This document shows, one piece after another, positions 36,659 through 45,418 of a stretch of DNA of 64,000 nt; the stretch's first letter is position 1; every line of letters starts with the position of its first letter. The notes under the pieces are model-generated. The model searched no databases. It saw nothing but the letters and a program-made list of their open reading frames with translations, and was not told where the DNA came from. Position numbers and translations under genes: made by a program. Origin of the DNA: an uncultured Chloroflexia bacterium (GTDB lineage Bacteria; Chloroflexota; Limnocylindria; QHBO01); assembly GCA_963814375.1 (NCBI GenBank), contig CAWFCQ010000003.1, positions 32,001 to 96,000 on the forward strand, in the 5' to 3' direction.

Positions 36659-37092
36659 CGTTCACTTCGGCCCCCGAGTCATGGAGGGCCCCGAGCGTGT
36701 TCTGGCAGCGAAAGCCCAAGGAGTCCAAGGCGCCTGACGGCCACGCCGATGAAGCCCCGGAAACGGCCTCGACGGCACGGTCCTTCGCACCCGACAGCAG
36801 TTCGTTCCCGTGACCCAGGCGTCGGTCGAGGGTCCAGCGCTGCCTGCCGTAGAGGAGCACGAGGTGGTCCTGCTCAACGTCGCCGACCTCGGCATCGGGC
36901 TGAAGGTCGACTTCGTCGAGTAGCCGCGGATCTGCCCGCCACGCGGGCTCGGCAGCCGGTCGTGCCAGCTTCCAACCCGCCTTATCAACGACCGTCCAGG
37001 ACCTGTGATGGTCGATGTTGGGCGGCGCAGCCGGTCCCGCCCGCTTGCCGGGGGAGCCGGGCGGAGCCGCCTCTCAGCGCCCTCCATCGGCC

Positions 37093-37272
37093 CTAGATGT
37101 GGTTGATCTCGATCCGGTCGCCACAGTTCGGGCAGTAGAGAAGGAGCAGCTTCGGGTCTTCGGGGATGGGCCGCCACGAATAGACATCGGCCTCCGACAT
37201 CTGCTCGCCACATCGAGGGCACTCGTAGCCCATGTCGAGCCACTGGTCGCGTGGCACGTTCTGGCGGCCCAT
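37093..37272 (-). CDS. Small zinc-ribbon protein (59 aa)
   Basis: CPRCG...CPNCG. Confidence 0.75.
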   Translation of the reverse strand: MGRQNVPRDQWLDMGYECPRCGEQMSEADVYSWRPIPEDPKLLLLYCPNCGDRIEINHI

Positions 37273-37276
37273 CGAC

Positions 37277-37726
37277 TCAGCGGCGATCCGGAGGCGGCGG
37301 TGGGGCCCAGCCGGGCTTCGGGCCGGCGGGTGGCTGCTCCTCGTCGGAGGCGGCATCGGCGGCGATGATCGCCGCGCGCACCTCCTCGGCCCGATCGGAT
37401 GGGGTCAGCAGCGGGTAGGCCATGGTGTCGTAGCCCGGCCAGTGGCCGACGTCACCGTCGCGGATCATGACCTGCACCCTGTTGAAGGCGCCGGTGACAT
37501 CCCTCACCGACCGGTCGAGGACCTGGAGGTCGCGCCCGGTCACCTGCTTGAGGGCGGGAGGCAGCGTCTCGACCAGGTAGGCCGGGTTGGGGTCGGTTTC
37601 GAAGGCCAGCTCGAGCGCCTCGAGGACCTGCTCGTCGGGCAGGTCGCGGGGCATGGGGCGGCTGATGTAGGTCATGCGCGGATCGCGGCTGGGGCCGCGG
37701 ATGGTCCGAATGAGTGAGCTCAGCAT
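37277..37726 (-). CDS. Hypothetical protein
   Basis: Typical codon bias; MLSSLIRTIRG...; 4 bp from the next gene. Confidence 0.65.
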   Translation of the reverse strand: MLSSLIRTIRGPSRDPRMTYISRPMPRDLPDEQVLEALELAFETDPNPAYLVETLPPALKQVTGRDLQVLDRSVRDVTGAFNRVQVMIRDGDVGHWPGYDTMAYPLLTPSDRAEEVRAAIIAADAASDEEQPPAGPKPGWAPPPPPDRR

Positions 37727-37890
37727 CGGCGGCGCGATTGTAACGTCACGGCCTCCGCGGAGGGCGCTGCAACGCCGGCCGGGTATACTTCCGTCCCCTG
37801 TGAACCACCCGGTCGCGGCCCGCTGCGCGCCCCGTATGAGCCCGCCATCGCCGCGCGACTGACCACGCAACAAGGAGCCCTCTCAGCACC

Positions 37891-38763
37891 GTGCGCGTCA
37901 GAAAGGCCGTCCTGCCCGCCGCGGGCTTCGGGACACGATTCCTGCCGGCGACCAAGGCGATTCCCAAGGAGATGATGCCGCTGGTCGACCGCCCGATCAT
38001 CCAGTACGCGGTGGACGAGGCGGCGGCCTCCGGGATCGACCAGATCATCATCGTGATCGCCACCGGCCGCAGCGCCATCGAGGACCACTTCGACTCCAGC
38101 CCATCGCTCGAGCGATGGCTCGAGGAGCGCGGTGACATCGAGATGCTGCGAACGGTCCGGCGCATCAGCGAGGTCGGCACGGTCGCCTTCGTCCATCAGC
38201 GTGAGCAGCTCGGGCTGGGCCACGCGGTGCTGATGGCCAAGGACCTCGTCGGGGACGAGCCGTTCGCCGTCCTCCTCTCCGACGACGTGATGCTCAATCC
38301 GCGCGGCCTGCCGGTGACGCGGCAGCTGATCGACGCGCACCTCGCGCATCGCGGATCGGTGATCGCCGTGCAGCGCGTCGAGCCGACCGAGGTGACGCGC
38401 TACGGGATCGTGGATCCACTGCACGAGGAGGGAAGGCTGGTCGAGATCCGCGACCTGGTCGAGAAGCCGTCGGTCGACGACGCCCCATCGGACCTCGCCG
38501 TGCTGGGCCGCTACGTGCTGACGCCGAAGATCTTCGACGTCCTCGAGCAGACGAGCCGCGGCGCCGGCGGCGAGATCCAGCTGACCGATGCCATCCGCGC
38601 CCTGATCCGCGAGCAGCCGGTGTTCGGCTACCAGTTCGACGGCACCCGTCACGACGCCGGCACCCGCCTCGGTTGGCTGAAGGCCAACATCGCGGTCGCG
38701 CTCGAGTCGGAGGACGCCGACGAGGTGCGCAGCCACATCCGTGGCCTCGACCTGCGAGACTGA
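37891..38763 (+). CDS. galU: UTP-glucose-1-phosphate uridylyltransferase
   Basis: KAVLPAAGFGTRFLPATKAIPKEM, LGLGHAV, VEKP, GEIQLTDA. Confidence 0.96.
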   Translation: MRVRKAVLPAAGFGTRFLPATKAIPKEMMPLVDRPIIQYAVDEAAASGIDQIIIVIATGRSAIEDHFDSSPSLERWLEERGDIEMLRTVRRISEVGTVAFVHQREQLGLGHAVLMAKDLVGDEPFAVLLSDDVMLNPRGLPVTRQLIDAHLAHRGSVIAVQRVEPTEVTRYGIVDPLHEEGRLVEIRDLVEKPSVDDAPSDLAVLGRYVLTPKIFDVLEQTSRGAGGEIQLTDAIRALIREQPVFGYQFDGTRHDAGTRLGWLKANIAVALESEDADEVRSHIRGLDLRD

Positions 38764-38769
38764 CGCGGC

Positions 38770-40416
38770 GTGGAGATGATCGGCAGGCTCATCAGCGGCC
38801 GATATCGCCTGATCGCCCCTCTCGGCGAGGGCGGCATGGCGACGATCTGGCGCGCGCTCGACGAGCAGCTTGACCGAGAGGTGGCGGTCAAGATCCTGCG
38901 CCCCCAGTTCAGCGCCGATGCGGGCTTCGCCGCCCGCTTCAAGCTCGAGGCGCGATCGGCGGCCGGCCTCTCGCATCCGAACATCGTGGGCGTCTACGAC
39001 TACGGCACCGACGGCGCCGATGGCGAGCAGTACATCGTCATGGAGCTGGTCGATGGCCGCGACCTGGCCGCGATTCTCAAGGAGCGCGGCTCGCTCTCCC
39101 GTGACGACGCGGTGCGGGTGGCCATCGGCGTCGCGAGCGCCCTCGAGGTGGCCCACCGCAAGGGGATCGTCCACCGCGACGTGAAGCCCGGCAACATCAT
39201 GATCACCGATGCCGGCGACGTGAAGGTGGCCGACTTCGGGATCGCCCGCGCCGTCAGCGAGGCCTCGATGACGGTGACCGGGACGACGCTCGGGTCGGTC
39301 CACTACTTCAGCCCGGAGCAGGCGCGCGGCGACGAGGTGACAGGCGCGTCCGACGTCTATGCCCTCGGGATCGTGCTGTACGAGACGCTCACCGGGAGGC
39401 GTCCGTTCGAGGGCGACTCCGCCGCAGCCGTGGCGCTGAAGCGACTCAACGAGGATCCGCCCACACCGACCGCCCTGGGTCATCCGCTGCCGCCCGGCCT
39501 CGAGGCGATCGTCATGCGCGCGCTGGCGCGCGATCCCGCCGACCGCTACCCCGATGCCGGCGCCTTCGCCGAGGCGCTGCGCGTCTGGCGGCGCGACCCC
39601 GACGCCCTGCCTGCTGCCGGCGTTGTCGGCGTTGCGGGTGCGGCGGCGATGGCCTCCACGCCTGCCGGCGGAGAGCCGACGGTGTACGTCCCACCCAGGG
39701 TCACCACCCCGGCCGACAATGCGCCCGTCGCCCCACCCCCATCTCGTGGTGACGGCTATCCGCCCGACGATGATCGAGGGCAGCCGTGGTGGATGTGGGT
39801 GCTCGTTACGCTCGGCATCCTCTTTCTCGCGCTGATCGGCTTCTTCGGCTTCCAGCTGCTGTCCGGAGACGGCACGGAGTCGCCAAGCCCCAGCGTGGCG
39901 CAGGTGACGGTTCCCGACTGCGACGACGTCCCGCTCACGACCCTGCGATCGGAGGCGCTCGAGCTCGGCCTGACGGTCCGCGAGGACGACGAGTTCTCGG
40001 AGGACGTCGAAGAGGACCGTGTCATCCGCTGCGAGCCGGCCACGGGGGAGCAGGTCGACGATGGCACGACCATCACCGCCTTCGTCTCCAGCGGCATCGA
40101 GCAGGTCGCCGTTCCTCGCCTGCGTGGCCAGTCGGAGGCGGATGCGCGGGCCTCGCTCGAGAGCGCCGGCCTCTCCATCGGTGCGATCGCGCGCGAGCCA
40201 GATCCCGATGTCCCGAGCGGGTCGGTCCTTCGCAGCGATCCCTCCGAGGGGACGGACGTGGACGTCGGCTCGCAGGTCGACCTCGTCGTCAGCACCGGGC
40301 CGACGCCGTCGCCGACCCCGACCCCCACGCCAGTGCCGACCCCGACCCCCACGCCGACGCCTACCCCGACCCCGGTCCCAACCCTGCCTCCGGTCACGCC
40401 GTCGCCGTCGCCGTAG
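38770..40416 (+). CDS. pknB: PASTA-domain Ser/Thr kinase (PknB/Stk1-like)
   Basis: GEGGMA, VAVK, HRDVKPGN, DFGIA, SPEQ; a TM, two PASTA-like repeats and a PT-rich tail. Confidence 0.93.
   Translation: MEMIGRLISGRYRLIAPLGEGGMATIWRALDEQLDREVAVKILRPQFSADAGFAARFKLEARSAAGLSHPNIVGVYDYGTDGADGEQYIVMELVDGRDLAAILKERGSLSRDDAVRVAIGVASALEVAHRKGIVHRDVKPGNIMITDAGDVKVADFGIARAVSEASMTVTGTTLGSVHYFSPEQARGDEVTGASDVYALGIVLYETLTGRRPFEGDSAAAVALKRLNEDPPTPTALGHPLPPGLEAIVMRALARDPADRYPDAGAFAEALRVWRRDPDALPAAGVVGVAGAAAMASTPAGGEPTVYVPPRVTTPADNAPVAPPPSRGDGYPPDDDRGQPWWMWVLVTLGILFLALIGFFGFQLLSGDGTESPSPSVAQVTVPDCDDVPLTTLRSEALELGLTVREDDEFSEDVEEDRVIRCEPATGEQVDDGTTITAFVSSGIEQVAVPRLRGQSEADARASLESAGLSIGAIAREPDPDVPSGSVLRSDPSEGTDVDVGSQVDLVVSTGPTPSPTPTPTPVPTPTPTPTPTPTPVPTLPPVTPSPSP
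40300..40413 (+). repeat. Coding Pro-Thr low-complexity repeat (kinase tail)
   Basis: PTPSPTPTPTPVPTPTPTPTPTPTPV. Confidence 0.8.
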
Positions 40417-40525
40417 GGACCGGTGCGGGCTGGCACCCGAGGTGCAATGCGGCCGCGCAGGACGGCGAAGGCCCGGTGCTAGCATGGCCGCAGCCCGTCC
40501 GTCGCGTGGAGGCAAGCTCATCCGC

Positions 40526-40858
40526 ATGGCAACCATCGCTCCGATCACGGTCGACGAATCGACCTTTGAGTCGGAGGTCCTCAATGCCGAGAAGCCCGTA
40601 CTGGTGGACTTCTGGGCCCCATGGTGCGGCCCCTGCCGCCTCGTCTCACCGGTGGTCGAGAGCCTCGGCGAGAAGCATGCCGAGAAGATCGGCATCGCCA
40701 AGGTGAATACCGATGAGAATCAGCAGCTGGCGATGCGCTACAGCATCTTCAGCATTCCCACGCTCATCGTCTTCCACGACGGCCGTGAGGCCGCCCGCCT
40801 GGTGGGCTACATGCCCCAGGAGGTGATGGAGGAGCGCCTGAGCCAATTCCTCGCCTGA
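40526..40858 (+). CDS. trxA: Thioredoxin
   Basis: VLVDFWAPWCGPC, SIPTL. Confidence 0.95.
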   Translation: MATIAPITVDESTFESEVLNAEKPVLVDFWAPWCGPCRLVSPVVESLGEKHAEKIGIAKVNTDENQQLAMRYSIFSIPTLIVFHDGREAARLVGYMPQEVMEERLSQFLA

Positions 40859-40961
40859 CCGCCATCCCGTTCCTCGGCGTCGGAGCCACGATCGTCAGGG
40901 TCTCCCGAGCCGATCGGCAGCCGCTACACTCCCGGCACCCAGGGAGGCTGCCCGAGCATCC

Positions 40962-41519
40962 ATGATCATCAAGACCGAACGTCGCGGTGGCGGCGACCGA
41001 CGCCAGGGCGAGGATCCGTTCGCCCCGGATCGACGCGAGGCCGACCGGCGGACCATGTGCTGGGAGGTCGAGAACTGCGACCTCACGATCCGCTATCGCT
41101 GTCCCGCGTTCATCCTGCGTCGACCGTGCTGGGAGCTCTGGGCGGTCGAGGGCATCGGACCTGCTCGCGCCTGCTGCTACAACGACAAGGAGTGCGAGCC
41201 GGGTCGGTGCGTGATCGCCGAGAAGCGCTACGCCGGCAGCGCGGAGCCGCTGACGGTCCACGTCGGACGACGCGGCGTTCCCCTCGGGTACACGAAGCCA
41301 CGGCGCCACCACTGCCCGCACTTCTACCTCACCCACGGACCGCAGGGCCGCGTCCCGATCCAGGCGCCGCAGCTGATGCGCACCCTGCTCAAGCAGGAGG
41401 GGACGGTCAGCCGGTGCGAGCTGCGCGGTGGTGTCCACCTCGATTCGGGCTACGTCAACGACCTGTGCCTGACCGGGCAGTTCAACGACTGCGTCTTCTA
41501 CGAGGACGCCGCGGACTGA
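40962..41519 (+). CDS. Cys-rich hypothetical protein with CW motifs and N-terminal DRR repeats
   Basis: 12 Cys: CWEVENC...CPA...CW...CC...C...C and C-terminal CPH...C...C...C; GGGAGG upstream. Confidence 0.75.
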   Translation: MIIKTERRGGGDRRQGEDPFAPDRREADRRTMCWEVENCDLTIRYRCPAFILRRPCWELWAVEGIGPARACCYNDKECEPGRCVIAEKRYAGSAEPLTVHVGRRGVPLGYTKPRRHHCPHFYLTHGPQGRVPIQAPQLMRTLLKQEGTVSRCELRGGVHLDSGYVNDLCLTGQFNDCVFYEDAAD

Positions 41520-41523
41520 CGGC

Positions 41524-42846
41524 TTGACCGACTCCCGCCGGCTCACCTACCGCGAGGCCGTCGCCGCTCTCAGCGAACGAGGGCGCTTCGGGATCAGCAT
41601 GGGGCTCGAGCGGGTCGAGCGGCTCATGGCCGAGGTCGGCCATCCCGAACGTGGGCTGCGGGGCGCGCTCGTTGGCGGCACGAACGGCAAGGGCTCGGTC
41701 GTCGCGATGGCTCGGTCCGTGCTCGCGTCGGCGGGACTGCGCGTCGGCACCATGCCGAAACCGCACCTCGTGAGCTACCGCGAGCGGATCGCAATCGACG
41801 GCGTCTCCATCAACCGCGACGACTTCGCGGCGGCGGTCGAGCGCGTGCTGCCCGCCGTGGATCGTGTCGGCGACGAGATCGGGCCGCCGACCGAGTTCGA
41901 GGCGCTCACCGCCGTGGCCATCACCGAGCTCGCGCGGCGCGAGGTCGACCTGGCGCTCGTCGAGGTCGGGATGGGCGGCCGCCTCGATGCGACCAACGTC
42001 CTCGACCTCGGCGTTGCGGCGATCACGAACGTCCAGCTCGATCACGAGGCCTACCTCGGGCCTACCCTGGCTGCCATCGGCGGCGAGAAGGCGCCGATCA
42101 TCAAGCGCGGCAACCTCGCGGTCACCGGCGCGTCCGGTCGCGGCCTCCGTCCGATCCTGGAGCGCTGCCGGACGCTGGAGACTCCGCTGCGCCGAGCCGG
42201 GCCGCGGCAGCCGTATCGAGCCGCGGTGCGCTCGGCCGACTGGGAGGGGATCGTCGTCGACGCCCGGACTCCCCTGCGCCGGCTGCCCGACCTGCGCGTC
42301 GGCCTCCTCGGAGCCCACCAGGCCGCCAATGCCGCGGTTGCGCTGGCACTCGTCGAGGCCATCGGGGAGCGGTGGGGAGTCGAGATCGGCGATGACCACA
42401 TTCGCCGCGGGTTCGCCGAGACGCGATGGCCGGGCCGCCTCGAGCTCATCGACGGCGGCGCGGCGGGCCTCGGCCGCGTGCTGCTGGACGGCGCCCACAA
42501 CCCGGCGGGTGCGCGGGCGCTCGCGGCCGCGCTCACCGAGCTCGGCGTGGCGCGGCCGACGATCGTCTTCGGAGCGATGCGGACGAAGAAGGTGGGCGAG
42601 GTGCTCCGCGCCCTCGCGCCCCTCGCGCCGCGCTTCATCTTCACCCGGGTCGACGATCCCGGGGCGCGCGAGCCTTCCGAGCTGGCAGCGGCCTGGCGCC
42701 GGATCTCGGGCGGGCGGGCACGCACTGCGCCAACGCCCGACGACGCGCTTTCGGTCGCGGGCGGGGATCCGGTCGTGGTCGCCGGCTCGCTGTACCTTGT
42801 CGGCGCGGTGCGCGGCATCCTCACCGGCACCGCGGAGGAGGACTGA
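41524..42846 (+). CDS. folC: Folylpolyglutamate synthase/dihydrofolate synthase
   Basis: GTNGKGS, PHL, EVGMGGRLDATN, WPGRLE, DGAHNP, GSLYLVG. Confidence 0.95.
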   Translation: MTDSRRLTYREAVAALSERGRFGISMGLERVERLMAEVGHPERGLRGALVGGTNGKGSVVAMARSVLASAGLRVGTMPKPHLVSYRERIAIDGVSINRDDFAAAVERVLPAVDRVGDEIGPPTEFEALTAVAITELARREVDLALVEVGMGGRLDATNVLDLGVAAITNVQLDHEAYLGPTLAAIGGEKAPIIKRGNLAVTGASGRGLRPILERCRTLETPLRRAGPRQPYRAAVRSADWEGIVVDARTPLRRLPDLRVGLLGAHQAANAAVALALVEAIGERWGVEIGDDHIRRGFAETRWPGRLELIDGGAAGLGRVLLDGAHNPAGARALAAALTELGVARPTIVFGAMRTKKVGEVLRALAPLAPRFIFTRVDDPGAREPSELAAAWRRISGGRARTAPTPDDALSVAGGDPVVVAGSLYLVGAVRGILTGTAEED

Positions 42847-43697
42847 TGCCCGTTGACCTCGCGTGGGGCACGAAGACGTACCTGATGGGCATCATCAACG
42901 TGACGCCTGACTCGTTCTCGGGCGACGGGCTGGCCCGAGCCGAGCTGACGGTGGACGAGGTGGTCACCGCGGCGCTGGACCAGGCTCGCGCCTTCGTCGC
43001 CGCGGGAGCCGAGATCGTCGATGTCGGGGCCGAGTCGACCCGCCCGCGCTCGGCCTACGGGGAGCATCCGGAGGTCGACGCCGAGACGGAGGCCGCCCGC
43101 GCGGTGCCGTCGGTCCGCGCCATCGCGGCGGAGCTCGGCCAGAAGGCTCGCGTGAGCATCGACACGAGCAAGGGACCCGTTGCCCGCGAAGCGCTGGCGG
43201 CCGGCGCGACCATCGTCAATGACGTGTGGGCCGCACATCGCGATCCGGGGACGGCCGACGCGGCGGCGGAGGCCGGCGCGCATCTCGTCCTCATGCACAA
43301 CCGGGATGTGGCCGACTACCCCGATGGCGTCTTCAGCGAGGTGTGCCGATGGCTCGAGGGCGCGGTCGAGGCAGCCGTGGGGCGGGGCGTGCCGCGCGAC
43401 CGGCTCATCGTCGACCCCGGCATCGGCTTCGGCAAGGGAACCGAAGAGAACCTCGAGCTGCTCCACCGGCTGGCCGAGCTCAAGGCAGCGCTCGGTGGAC
43501 TGCCGGTCCTGGTCGGGACGAGCCGGAAGCGTTTCCTGGGGGAGCTGCTCGACGGCGCCGGCCCGGAGGACCGCGCGGAGGGGACGGCCGCGACGGTGGC
43601 CCTCGCCATCGCCGCCGGCGCCGATGTCGTTCGCGTGCACGACGTGGCGCACATGGCTCGCACGCGGCGGGTGGCTGACGCCATCATCCGCCGATGA
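42846..43697 (+). CDS. folP: Dihydropteroate synthase
   Basis: MGIINVTPDSFSGDG, GAESTRP, DPGIGFGK, SRKRF, RVHDV. Confidence 0.96.
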   Translation: MPVDLAWGTKTYLMGIINVTPDSFSGDGLARAELTVDEVVTAALDQARAFVAAGAEIVDVGAESTRPRSAYGEHPEVDAETEAARAVPSVRAIAAELGQKARVSIDTSKGPVAREALAAGATIVNDVWAAHRDPGTADAAAEAGAHLVLMHNRDVADYPDGVFSEVCRWLEGAVEAAVGRGVPRDRLIVDPGIGFGKGTEENLELLHRLAELKAALGGLPVLVGTSRKRFLGELLDGAGPEDRAEGTAATVALAIAAGADVVRVHDVAHMARTRRVADAIIRR

Positions 43698-44083
43698 GCG
43701 ATGCGCCGGACCGTCTGAGCCTGCTCGGCATGCGGGTCATGGCCCGCCACGGCGTGCTCGAGCAGGAGCGGCTGACGCCGCAGCCATTCGAGGTCGACCT
43801 CGTGCTCCACGCCGATCTGCGAACCGCCGCGGAGCGCGACGATCTCGCGGCCACCGTGGACTACGGGGCGCTTCACGACCTGGTGCGCACCATCGTCAAG
43901 GGGACGCGGTTCGACCTCATCGAGGCGCTGGCCGGGACGATCGCGACGGCCGTGCTGGATGCCACCGACCCGCGGATCGTCGAGGCAGTCGAGGTCCGCG
44001 TCCGGAAGCCGAACGCCCCGCTGGCCGGTCCCTTCCGCACGGTCGAGGCGGCGCTGCTTCGGCGCCGCCTCGATGGTGCCTGA
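43694..44083 (+). CDS. folB: Dihydroneopterin aldolase
   Basis: HGVLEQER, QPFEVD, TVDY, LIEALA, RKPNAP. Confidence 0.94.
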   Translation: MSDAPDRLSLLGMRVMARHGVLEQERLTPQPFEVDLVLHADLRTAAERDDLAATVDYGALHDLVRTIVKGTRFDLIEALAGTIATAVLDATDPRIVEAVEVRVRKPNAPLAGPFRTVEAALLRRRLDGA

Positions 44084-44092
44084 TCCGAGCGG

Positions 44093-45373
44093 TCAGTCGG
44101 CCGGAAGCTCTCCCAGGGTGACGTCGATGTTCTCGGTCGAGGAGCCGCGCAGGACGCGCAGGGTGATCGTGTCACCGGGCCGGTGCGGGACGATCAGCAT
44201 CGACAGGTCGGTGCCTGCCTCGAGCTGCTCACCGTCGATCGCGACGATCTGGTCGCCGTCCTGGAGCCCCGCCGCCTCGGCCGGGCTGCCGGAGATGACC
44301 GGCGGCGTGCCATCGGCCGTGCCGACCAGCGCGCCGTAGTCGGCGTTCAGGCCCTCCTGCTCGGCCAGGGCCGGGGTCACCGGCGTGTAGTAGACGCCGA
44401 TCCACGGTCGCGCCAGCGCCTCGCCGTCGACCGCCATCTCCATGATCGGCTTGGCGACGTCGATCGGGATCGAGAAGCCGATCCCCTGGGCCTCCTGGCT
44501 GACCGCGGTGTTGATGCCGATGACCTGGCCGGCGCTGTTGACGAGCGGTCCGCCCGAGTTGCCTGGGTTGATGGCCGCATCGGTCTGGATCAGGTTGCGG
44601 AGCTGCTCGGTGCTCGTCTGGGTCGCATCGGACGCCTGGATCTGACGGCCGAGGCCGGAGACGACACCGGTCGTGACGGTGTTCTCGTAGTCGCCCAGCG
44701 GGTTGCCGATGGCGATGGCCAGCTGGCCGGGCTCGAGGTCGGCCGAGCTGCCGATCGGCGCGAACGGCAGGTCCGAGCCCTCGATCGTCACGATGGCGAG
44801 GTCGGTGAGGGTGTCGATGCCGTACACGGTGCCGGGGAACTGGCGACCGTCGTTGAGGATGACCACGATATCGTCGGCGTCCTCGACGACGTGGCGGTTG
44901 GTGAGGATGAAGCCGTCGGCGTCGTAGATGAAGCCCGAGCCGGAGCCGGTCGTGCCGCCACCGAAGATGTCACCGCTCGAGCTCTGGATCGTGACCACCG
45001 ATGGCGCGACCTTGTTGACGGCGGTGATCACCGCGCTCGACTCGTTGATCGCCAGGTCCTGGACGGTCGTGGCGTCGGACCCGGTGGTCTGCGGGATCTC
45101 GGCCGATGGCTCGGCCATGAGGTTCGCGACCCCGACCGCCGAGAGGGCGCCGGAGAGGATGCCGGCAACCACCGCGATCGCGACCACCGCCACCGCGCCC
45201 ATCCCGCGCGAGCCACGCGCGGGTCGCGGCGGCTCCGGTGGGCGGCTCGTCCACGTCTGCGCCTCCTCCGGCGCTGCCCGGTACGGCGCGCGGCTGGGGA
45301 CGGGTCCGTAGTGCTGGACCTCGACCGGCTCGGTCGGGTCTCGCTCGATGCTGTGGCCTGGTTCGTGAGTCAT
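44093..45373 (-). CDS. HtrA/DegP-like serine protease with PDZ domain
   Basis: TM, GSGF, TNRHVV, DLA, IQTDAAINPGNSGGPL and a C-terminal PDZ. Confidence 0.94.
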   Translation of the reverse strand: MTHEPGHSIERDPTEPVEVQHYGPVPSRAPYRAAPEEAQTWTSRPPEPPRPARGSRGMGAVAVVAIAVVAGILSGALSAVGVANLMAEPSAEIPQTTGSDATTVQDLAINESSAVITAVNKVAPSVVTIQSSSGDIFGGGTTGSGSGFIYDADGFILTNRHVVEDADDIVVILNDGRQFPGTVYGIDTLTDLAIVTIEGSDLPFAPIGSSADLEPGQLAIAIGNPLGDYENTVTTGVVSGLGRQIQASDATQTSTEQLRNLIQTDAAINPGNSGGPLVNSAGQVIGINTAVSQEAQGIGFSIPIDVAKPIMEMAVDGEALARPWIGVYYTPVTPALAEQEGLNADYGALVGTADGTPPVISGSPAEAAGLQDGDQIVAIDGEQLEAGTDLSMLIVPHRPGDTITLRVLRGSSTENIDVTLGELPAD

Positions 45374-45418
45374 CGGTCTATTCAGATCCTTCTAGCTGCC
45401 TCGCCGGGCGGGCAACGC

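Noticed and set aside
37720-40701. 993-aa minus-strand ORF
   Set aside because: Antisense shadow of galU/pknB/trxA in high-GC DNA; no recognisable motifs.
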